Shown piece after piece: positions 8,014-14,741 of a DNA stretch of 20,000 nt; the first letter of the stretch is position 1, and the number at the start of each line of letters is the position of its first letter. Location: the sequence record SRR20825010_2442. One strand, 5' to 3'. The translations under genes and the position numbers were made by a program. The notes beneath the pieces are model-generated. The model saw only the letters and a program-made list of their open reading frames with translations. It was not told the origin of the DNA and searched no databases.

Positions 8014-9063
8014 TTATCTAAGATTATATTCGATGGAGGTGGTGAAATCGAAGGAGGCCCCGCTGATTTCCGGTGGCATCGGCGGCATCGGATCGGCCCG
8101 TTTCAAAAGATCGAGAAGCGCCTCGTCCAGGATCTTCCTGCCGGAACTCTGCACGATGGAGCGCTTCATGATTTGGCCCGCCCGATTGATCTGGAAACTG
8201 AACGCGACCGTGCCTTCATAGCGCCGCAGCCGGGCCGCGCGCGGGTATTTCTTGTGTTGCTCAAGCCAGCTCTGGATCGACGCAAAATAGGATTTCCGTG
8301 CAGCGGCAACGCCGCCGCCACCGGAAGACGCCTGGGTCTGACCCGGTCCCGCCGCGCGATTGGGGGCCGAGGAAGCGAGGTCGAACGTCCCGCTGCCGCG
8401 TTTTTTCTGGGCTTCCAGAACCTTGTCCGCCAGCACAGCATCCGCGTTCGGCTGCTTCGGCGCCTCTTCCACCGGCTTTGCCTCGGCAACTTCGGTTTCA
8501 ACGGGTTTAACCTGTTCAACCGGGCGCGGCGGCTTGACCGTCTCGACCGGTTTCGGCGGTTCCGGCCGTGTTACCGGCAAGGGGGGCGGCTGAACAGCCG
8601 CTGTCACGGTCTCCACCGGAACAATTTCGGAGGCTTCAGCCACATCGGCTTCCTGCGGAACAGGCTCCACCACCGGCTCGGTTGTTTCCACGGGCTCGGG
8701 CTCTACAGGCTCGGCCTCGACCATCTCGACGGGCTCAACCGGCGTTGTTTCCGTAACTTCCGCGACCTCTGTTTGCGGCGGCGGGGGGGCAACGGTCTGC
8801 TCAACCACCTCTTCCACAGAATCTCCGTCCGGCACTCCGCTGGCTTCGGCGGCCTGAATGTTTTCGGCCACGGTCTGGGCGGTGACTCCGCCGGCGTCTC
8901 CCATCATCACGACGAGACCGCCATCCCCCGTATCCACACTGCTCGTCGCTGGCGACTCGAACGTCACAAAAGACAACAAAGCGAGACCATGCAGCGCAAG
9001 AGCGGCGGCGAAACCGGCGATCATGGAGGGAGCGGTGCCGCGCCGTTCGACGATCGCGTTCAT
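8014..9063 (-). CDS. tonB: TonB energy transducer
   Basis: N-terminal TM helix with His (ALALHG), a long Glu/Pro/Val-rich linker with PVE repeats, and the C-terminal domain YPRAARLRRYEGTV..F.I...G.I.....SSG..ILD. Confidence 0.92.
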   Translation of the reverse strand: MNAIVERRGTAPSMIAGFAAALALHGLALLSFVTFESPATSSVDTGDGGLVVMMGDAGGVTAQTVAENIQAAEASGVPDGDSVEEVVEQTVAPPPPQTEVAEVTETTPVEPVEMVEAEPVEPEPVETTEPVVEPVPQEADVAEASEIVPVETVTAAVQPPPLPVTRPEPPKPVETVKPPRPVEQVKPVETEVAEAKPVEEAPKQPNADAVLADKVLEAQKKRGSGTFDLASSAPNRAAGPGQTQASSGGGGVAAARKSYFASIQSWLEQHKKYPRAARLRRYEGTVAFSFQINRAGQIMKRSIVQSSGRKILDEALLDLLKRADPMPPMPPEISGASFDFTTSIEYNLR

Positions 9064-9461
9064 GACGCCCCCGTCGCCAGCAGGCCAAGTTCCTTGAGAC
9101 CAACCGCGCGCAACTCCTCGATCAGGGCGATGACCATCGCCGCGTCGCTCTGCGCATCGGCCTTCAGCTTAAGACGCCCGTCCGGATGCTCCGCGAAGTA
9201 AGCTTTCAGACTCCCGACGACATCGGCCCGTTCAAGAATCTCATCCCGGAAGGAAAGCCGTCCGTCCGCCGCGATCAGCAAGATCGCCGTGGTGTCGTTC
9301 GGCTGACCGGAATTCGCGGTCTCCGGCGGCGTGATGTCCAGCAGCTCGGCCTTTTCGAGTGCGCCTGCCAGCATGAAGAAAATCAGCAGCAGGAAAACGA
9401 CGTTGATCAACGGCAGGACATTTTCCGCCGCCGACTTTTTCTTGGGTTTGACAAGCCGCAT
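9060..9461 (-). CDS. exbD: ExbD/TolR family protein (Asn variant)
   Basis: TM NVLPLINVVFLLLIFFML and C-terminal LKADA...ELRAVG. Likely start is ATG 9461, 4 nt after the upstream exbD stop. It has an ATGA overlap with tonB. Confidence 0.88.
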   Translation of the reverse strand: MRLVKPKKKSAAENVLPLINVVFLLLIFFMLAGALEKAELLDITPPETANSGQPNDTTAILLIAADGRLSFRDEILERADVVGSLKAYFAEHPDGRLKLKADAQSDAAMVIALIEELRAVGLKELGLLATGAS

Positions 9462-9465
9462 TGCC

Positions 9466-9873
9466 CTAGCGCTCCGACCGGCTCGCAAGGGTCACGTCGG
9501 TCAACCCTCTCTCGGCCGCCATATCCACGGTCTTCACCACGGCCTGAACCGGCACGCCGGTCTCGGCTTCGACCACGATGCGGGGCTTGGGCTCTCGCCC
9601 GGCCAGGGTTTTCAGACGCTCGGAGAAATCCGCCAGGCTCATCCGCTCGCCGGAGACCTGATAATCCCCGTCGGCACGCAATTTAACCAGCACGGAACCT
9701 TCGGACGCGGCACCGGCCGCATTCCCGAGCTTGGCGGTTTTCAGACCGATGGCCCGCCAGTCAAGAAAACTCGAAGCCAGCATGAAGAAGATGAGAAGAA
9801 TAAAGACGACGTCGATCAGCGGCGTGAGACTGATCTCCGCCGTGGGGCGTCTGCGCCCGGCACTGAGCCGCAT
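9466..9873 (-). CDS. exbD: ExbD/TolR family protein (canonical Asp)
   Basis: EISLTPLIDVVFILLIFFML. Start is ATG 9873 with SD GAGG, just after the exbB stop; the longer track ORF overlaps exbB. Confidence 0.9.
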   Translation of the reverse strand: MRLSAGRRRPTAEISLTPLIDVVFILLIFFMLASSFLDWRAIGLKTAKLGNAAGAASEGSVLVKLRADGDYQVSGERMSLADFSERLKTLAGREPKPRIVVEAETGVPVQAVVKTVDMAAERGLTDVTLASRSER

Positions 9874-9880
9874 GATGGCC

Positions 9881-10573
9881 TCACTCCGCGCCTTGAAGCG
9901 CGGCTTCCGAAATGGACTCTGCCACAGCCCTGCGACGGACCGGAGCCGGAGCGGCGGTGAAGACCTGCGTTGCCGCGTCTTCCATCGCCCGTCCAGCCCG
10001 CTCGACAATGCCGTCAACCAGCTGGTGCGCCGCCGTCGCCGGGATAGCAACCACCAGGCCCGCGGCCGTAGTCAGCAGCGCCACCCAGATACCGCCGGAA
10101 AGAATCGAGGGATCGACCTTGCTCCCCGCTCCCTCAAGCGCCTTGAAGGCGTCAATCATGCCGATGACGGTGCCGAGCAAACCGATCAACGGACTGAGCA
10201 TGGCGATGGCCGCCAGCAGGCGCAGGCCCGAGGAGAGCCGGTCCATGAACAGTCCGGCGACCCGTTCCACCTCTTCCCGCGCCTCGGCTTCGGAAATATC
10301 CCGGTTATGCCGCAACTGCATGGCGTAGCGGGCAATCGCCGCTGCCGGATGCGAGCCGTCCTCAAGCAGATCGAGCGCAGCCTTGCCATGGCCGGAACGC
10401 CACATCGCCAGAGCCTCGTCCCGCTCCCGGCCGTTCCACAGGCGCAGCATCAGGAATTGTACCATCTTGGAGGCAAAAACGGTCGTCGCCACCACGGACA
10501 TGATCGCGAGCAGATACATGATCGGCCCGCCCGCATCCATGAAGCCCATGATCTCTTCGATCGCTGCCGTCAT
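9881..10573 (-). CDS. exbB: ExbB (MotA/TolQ/ExbB proton channel)
   Basis: Motifs GGPIM..L...S, SPLIGLLGTVIGMIDAF and GI..ALLTTAAGLVVAIP. SD AGGAG. Confidence 0.93.
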   Translation of the reverse strand: MTAAIEEIMGFMDAGGPIMYLLAIMSVVATTVFASKMVQFLMLRLWNGRERDEALAMWRSGHGKAALDLLEDGSHPAAAIARYAMQLRHNRDISEAEAREEVERVAGLFMDRLSSGLRLLAAIAMLSPLIGLLGTVIGMIDAFKALEGAGSKVDPSILSGGIWVALLTTAAGLVVAIPATAAHQLVDGIVERAGRAMEDAATQVFTAAPAPVRRRAVAESISEAALQGAE

Positions 10574-10603
10574 TGACTTTCTCCTACCGCTGGAGCGGTC
10601 CGG

Positions 10604-11047
10604 TTATTGCGTAAAGGGCACTGCGGCCCGGGATGCCGTCTGCAGGCTGTCCGCGCAGAGCCCCGGTGCAACTGCCGCACCTCCGCCCTCGCATGTCCGC
10701 ACGCCATTCATCAGGACGCGCCCGACATTGCCGCAGTCGATTTCCTTCAGATCGAACAGCTTCACCCGTGTGTGCCCGGTATGGATCGGTCCCATATCGG
10801 CGATCACGCGCCTGACGACGATGCCGTCCGTATCAAACGCGACAAAATCGAGTTTCACTTCTTCGAGGCTCGCCTCGGTCGTGTTGTTCACAACCCACGT
10901 GGTGCGGCAGTCCCCGCCCACGCTCTCGAGTTTGTTCAGCTCAAGAAGCAGGCGCTTTTCCGCCATATCCGCCGCGAGTGCGGGTACGGAAATCGCCACC
11001 ACCGCAAGCGCGGAGAGCCCCGTTTTGAAAAGACGCGCCAACCCCAT
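10604..11047 (-). CDS. secreted hypothetical protein with 4 Cys, first gene of the exbBDD-tonB operon
   Basis: 147 aa with a Sec-type signal peptide (VPALA|A), beta-rich patterns LLLELNKL, LDFVAFDTDG and TRVKLFDL, and Cys47/105/119/131. The Fur-type box is 26 nt upstream and exbB starts 30 nt downstream. Confidence 0.82.
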   Translation of the reverse strand: MGLARLFKTGLSALAVVAISVPALAADMAEKRLLLELNKLESVGGDCRTTWVVNNTTEASLEEVKLDFVAFDTDGIVVRRVIADMGPIHTGHTRVKLFDLKEIDCGNVGRVLMNGVRTCEGGGAAVAPGLCADSLQTASRAAVPFTQ

Positions 11048-11073
11048 GAGCCTACCTTCACGGACGAAAGATT

Positions 11074-11092
11074 ATTGCGAGTCATTCGCATT
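11074..11092. promoter_or_regulatory. Fur-type 9-1-9 operator upstream of the Ton operon
   Basis: ATTGCGAGT-C-ATTCGCATT shares TCATTCGCATTA with the hmuP site. A possible -35 TTGCAA lies on the minus strand at 11135-11130. Confidence 0.8.
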
Positions 11093-11181
11093 ACTGACTT
11101 GAGGATTAGGTACAGGAACGACATGCCTATTGCAACCACTGTCGTGGTGCTTTTTGGCGACAAAAGCTGCCGTTTTTTGCC

Positions 11182-11763
11182 TTAATTCGACTCTGCAGCT
11201 CGGCAAGCGCGCAGTTGCGGCGGAAGATCGCGCTCCATACCGCCATTTCCAAGCACAAGAGCACATCGCCAGATTTCTCGCGCTCGCAGCATCGGCAGCT
11301 CCCGCAACCGGATGGCGTTGCCCTCAAGCGTCCTGACAACGGCGCCCCACTGCGCATCTTCAAGATCGCGCCACACCACATTCAGATGCACGGCGGAATG
11401 GGTAAAAAGGTGCCGCAAGGCCTGGGCCGGGAGTGTCGCGCCAAGATCGATCTCGGCGTCACGTTCCTCTGCCGACGCATGCATCGGCGTCTCGACACCC
11501 GTCCGCCCCCACTCGGCAAGCCGGGTCAATGCCCGGGCGTGATAGCCGACATGCGCGATAAGGTGCCGCCGGGTCCAGCCCGGCACCAATGATGGCGCGT
11601 CAAGCTCCCGGTCGGCCAGCTCGTTCAGCTTGCGGGCGAAATAGGCCGTTCCCCGGCGGGCAAGGACAAGATCCTCCGCCGGGGCAGACGGCGCGTCATA
11701 CCGGGCACCGGCCCCGAGCCGGGCCCGCAACGCGGCGCGTTCCGCCTCCAGAGAGTCGCTCAT
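11182..11763 (-). CDS. maleylpyruvate isomerase, MDMPI ('mycothiol-dependent', DinB superfamily) family; possibly degenerate
   Basis: Motifs LDAPSLVPGWTRRHLIAHVGY.A.AL.RL, I..GATL and R.RE.W. It directly follows gentisate dioxygenase. Confidence 0.8.
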   Translation of the reverse strand: MSDSLEAERAALRARLGAGARYDAPSAPAEDLVLARRGTAYFARKLNELADRELDAPSLVPGWTRRHLIAHVGYHARALTRLAEWGRTGVETPMHASAEERDAEIDLGATLPAQALRHLFTHSAVHLNVVWRDLEDAQWGAVVRTLEGNAIRLRELPMLRAREIWRCALVLGNGGMERDLPPQLRACRAAESN

Positions 11764-11781
11764 TCCCGCCCCCGGACTCTA

Positions 11782-12888
11782 TCAGTCCTGCACGCCTTCG
11801 ATCTTGGTGCGGGCGAAATTCAGCCGCTCCATGATCGGAGCATCGGAGAAGCGGAACAGATCAAAGCGGGTTTCCGCCTGCAAGGACCACTGGATCCAGG
11901 ACGGCACCACGAACATGTCGCCCTTCTCCAGCTTATGCTCCACACCGTTCAGCACCACCGCGCCGGCGCCCTCGAATACCTGGAAGACGGAGGAGCCGAC
12001 CTCGCGACGCGGCCGCGTCTCGGTCCCTTCACGCAAGCGGTGAAACTGGGTACGGATAGTCGGCATCACGTCGCCACCCGTGGTCGGGTTGACGTAGCGG
12101 ATGGCCGCATGGCCCGGTTCGACCGTCGCCGGCTGGCCCTCGTCCTCCAGCAAAAGCTGCTCTGTCAGGGCCCGGTCGGTGAATTCCCAGCGATAGGCAC
12201 CGATCGGCGTGCTCACCGTGTCCTGCAGGCCGGAGAGCGGACGCAACCCCGGATGGCACCACAGCCGCTCACCTTGCGAGAAATCAGGCGTCGCGTAATC
12301 CGTCACCGTGTCGGAGCCGAACTCGAAAAAGCCGACATCGTTATGCTGGGAGAACGGGATATCCAGCCCGTCGATCCAGGTCATCGGCTTGTCGGTGACA
12401 TTGTGATGCCCATGGAAATGCCAGCCCGGCGTCATCAGCAAATCGCCCCGGCTCATCCGCACAGGGTCGCCATTCACCACCGTCCACACCCCCTCGCCCT
12501 CTACGACGAAGCGGAAAGCGTTCTGGGCATGCCGGTGCTCCGGCGCGGTTTCTTTCGGGCCGAGATACTGGATCGCGGCCCACAGGGTCGGGCTGACATA
12601 GGCGTTGCCGCCGAGCCCCGGATTGGCGAGACCAATGGCCCGGCGCTCCCCGCCCCGTCCGACCGGCACCAGCTCGCCGGACTTCTCCGCCAACGGCAGC
12701 AGCTTCGACCATTTCCAGACATGCGGCACAGCCTTCGGCTTCGGATGCATCGGCATCAGATCGCCAAGCTGGGTCCAGAGCGGCATCAGGTGTTCGTCCT
12801 CGAACCCCTTGTAGAGAGCGCGCAGCTCCGGGCTGTCGTCCGGCTGCATGGCATGCGCGACGTTCGAATGATCCTGTTCTGCGCTCAT
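11782..12888 (-). CDS. gtdA: gentisate 1,2-dioxygenase (bicupin; salicylate 1,2-dioxygenase/Corynebacterium NagI-like clade)
   Basis: Motifs ERRA..LANPGL, APEHRH (Fe ligands H118/H120), FRFVVEGEG, TPGWHFHGH, WIDGLDIP, Y.NP.TG and FSDAP. SD GAGGAGG. Confidence 0.93.
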   Translation of the reverse strand: MSAEQDHSNVAHAMQPDDSPELRALYKGFEDEHLMPLWTQLGDLMPMHPKPKAVPHVWKWSKLLPLAEKSGELVPVGRGGERRAIGLANPGLGGNAYVSPTLWAAIQYLGPKETAPEHRHAQNAFRFVVEGEGVWTVVNGDPVRMSRGDLLMTPGWHFHGHHNVTDKPMTWIDGLDIPFSQHNDVGFFEFGSDTVTDYATPDFSQGERLWCHPGLRPLSGLQDTVSTPIGAYRWEFTDRALTEQLLLEDEGQPATVEPGHAAIRYVNPTTGGDVMPTIRTQFHRLREGTETRPRREVGSSVFQVFEGAGAVVLNGVEHKLEKGDMFVVPSWIQWSLQAETRFDLFRFSDAPIMERLNFARTKIEGVQD

Positions 12889-12926
12889 CTCTTCCTCCTC
12901 CGTGCGTGCTGCGGCTTATGCCGCAT

Positions 12927-14111
12927 TCAGTTCTGCAATCCGTTCGAGCCGTACAGCCAGTGCAGGCGATCATACCATTCGGCGGGCGTCCGGCTGGACA
13001 GCACCTGATTGCGTGCCGCCGCCAGCGCCCCGTCCGGGTGATAGACATAATCGCCGATCAACCGGCTGCCGACCTGCACCCGCGCGGTGCGGGCAATGCG
13101 CTGTTGCTGATAGCTTTTCAGGACAATTTCGATATTACCGTCGCCGCGTTTCATGGTCTCGGCGAGGCAGACCGCGTCTTCCATCGCCATGCAGGCACCT
13201 TGCGCGAAATATTGCAGCATCGGATGCGCGGCATCGCCGAGCAGGGCGACACGGCCATCGACCCAATTGTCGACGGGGTCGCGGTCACACAACACCCAGA
13301 GCTTCCAGTTATCGCCATGCTCGATGATCTGCCGGGCGCGCGGGTGGATATGCTCGAAGCCCTGTGCCACCTCTTCCTTCGACACAGGACGGCCGGATAT
13401 CGCTTCCTGCAGATCCCGGTGGTAGGTCACGACCAGATTGAAGACCTTCCAGCCCTTCAGCGGGTAATGCACGATATGGCATTTCGGCCCGGCCCAGAGT
13501 GTCGCTGCGTTCCAGCGCAGATCTTCCGGCATCTGCTCGGTCGGAATGACGGAACGGTAAGTGGTGTGTCCGGAGATGCGCGGCGCTCCGTCACCGACAA
13601 GCTGAGCCCGGATTGGTGAATGCAGCCCCTCGGCGCCAATCAGCGCGCTGCCGACAAGTGGATCGCGACCGTCCAGCGTCAGCGTGACGCTGCTCCCGTC
13701 CTGCTCATAGCCGGTGGCCTTGTGGCTGGTCCGCAATTCGACCAATGGGCTGGCAACGCAGTAATCCAATAGCGCCTTGTGCAGGTCTGCCCGATGGACC
13801 ACGGCATAGGGATTGCCCATATGGCGGCGGAAATCCTCACCCAGCGGCACCTGGGCGATTTCCTCGGCGGTCTGTGCATCCATCAGCCGCAGCGCGTCGA
13901 TATAAACCGCCTGCGCCCGGGCCTCATCGCCAATGCCGAGATAGTCGAAAGAATGAAAGCCGTTCGGGCCGATCTGGATACCGGCCCCGATTTCGCCCAG
14001 CGCTGGCGCCTGCTCAAGCACCAGCGACGCAAAACCGTTCTGCGCAAGGCCCGCAGCCGTGGCAAGGCCACCAATGCCGCCACCGGCAATGAGTATGGGT
14101 CGATCCGCCAT
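12927..14111 (-). CDS. 3-hydroxybenzoate 6-monooxygenase (group A flavoprotein)
   Basis: Motifs GGGIGGL, EIGAGIQ, HRADLH, HIVHYPL and LLGDAAHPMLQYFAQGACMAMEDA (the MxQYxAQG motif is typical of 3HB6H). It lies upstream of gentisate dioxygenase. Confidence 0.9.
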   Translation of the reverse strand: MADRPILIAGGGIGGLATAAGLAQNGFASLVLEQAPALGEIGAGIQIGPNGFHSFDYLGIGDEARAQAVYIDALRLMDAQTAEEIAQVPLGEDFRRHMGNPYAVVHRADLHKALLDYCVASPLVELRTSHKATGYEQDGSSVTLTLDGRDPLVGSALIGAEGLHSPIRAQLVGDGAPRISGHTTYRSVIPTEQMPEDLRWNAATLWAGPKCHIVHYPLKGWKVFNLVVTYHRDLQEAISGRPVSKEEVAQGFEHIHPRARQIIEHGDNWKLWVLCDRDPVDNWVDGRVALLGDAAHPMLQYFAQGACMAMEDAVCLAETMKRGDGNIEIVLKSYQQQRIARTARVQVGSRLIGDYVYHPDGALAAARNQVLSSRTPAEWYDRLHWLYGSNGLQN

Positions 14112-14174
14112 CTATCCTCCCTGCCCGGGCCGTCTTGCTGCGGCCGTTACCGGTTAAAGGCGTTCTTCAGGCAT

Positions 14175-14232
14175 CAACAGAATACCTGTTGCATCCAAAG
14201 GTCAAGTTGATAAGCATACTTACTATATTGAC
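14175..14232. promoter_or_regulatory. divergent promoter/operator region, probable MarR sites
   Basis: Perfect inverted repeat CAACAG-N5-CTGTTG (14175-14191). TAAG-CATA-CTTA (14211-14222) is concentric with GTCAA...TTGAC (14201-14232). Confidence 0.6.
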
Positions 14233-14264
14233 CGTTACAGGCCCGGGCGGGCCACTGGAGTGCC

Positions 14265-14729
14265 ATGAGTCTGACCATCCATGCCATGGCCGGCCACCTG
14301 ATCCGGCGGCTGAACCAGATTTCGGTCTCGGTGTTTCAGGACCACCTGAAGGCCAATGGCCATGACCTGACACCGGTGCAATATGCCTGCATCGCCACGC
14401 TGGAACAGAGGCCGGGCATCGACCAGGCGACGCTCGCAGGGCTGATCGCCTATGACCGGGCCACCATAGGCACGGTTCTCGACAAGCTGGATGCGAAAGG
14501 GCTGGTGACACGCAAGGTCAGCCCGCGCGACCGGCGCGCCCGGGAAATGCATCTGACCGAAGCGGGGCACAACCTCTACCAGGCGGTGACCCCGCTGGTG
14601 CAGGAGATCCAGACGCTCATGACCACAGGACTGGAGCCCGGTGAGCGCGCGGAATTCCTGCGCCTGGCGGCGAAACTCGCCCGTGCCGGAAACGCCCTGA
14701 GCCGGGCGCCCCTGATCGAGCTGGAGTAA
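14265..14729 (+). CDS. MarR family transcriptional regulator
   Basis: Winged-helix motifs GHLIRRL.Q, LTPVQY, PGIDQATLA, DRATI..V..L..KGLV.R...DRRAR...LT..G. SD GGAG. Divergent from the hydroxylase. Confidence 0.94.
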   Translation: MSLTIHAMAGHLIRRLNQISVSVFQDHLKANGHDLTPVQYACIATLEQRPGIDQATLAGLIAYDRATIGTVLDKLDAKGLVTRKVSPRDRRAREMHLTEAGHNLYQAVTPLVQEIQTLMTTGLEPGERAEFLRLAAKLARAGNALSRAPLIELE

Positions 14730-14741
14730 GATCCTCTCCGG

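Noticed and set aside
8480-8790. Repetitive DNA that might be a tandem-repeat or CRISPR-like array
   Set aside because: These are degenerate codon repeats of the TonB Pro/Glu/Val linker, with no fixed repeat-spacer period.
13620-13645. IGAEG in place of the flavoprotein 'DG' fingerprint
   Set aside because: It is a conservative Asp-to-Glu change with all other motifs intact, which is insufficient evidence of altered function.
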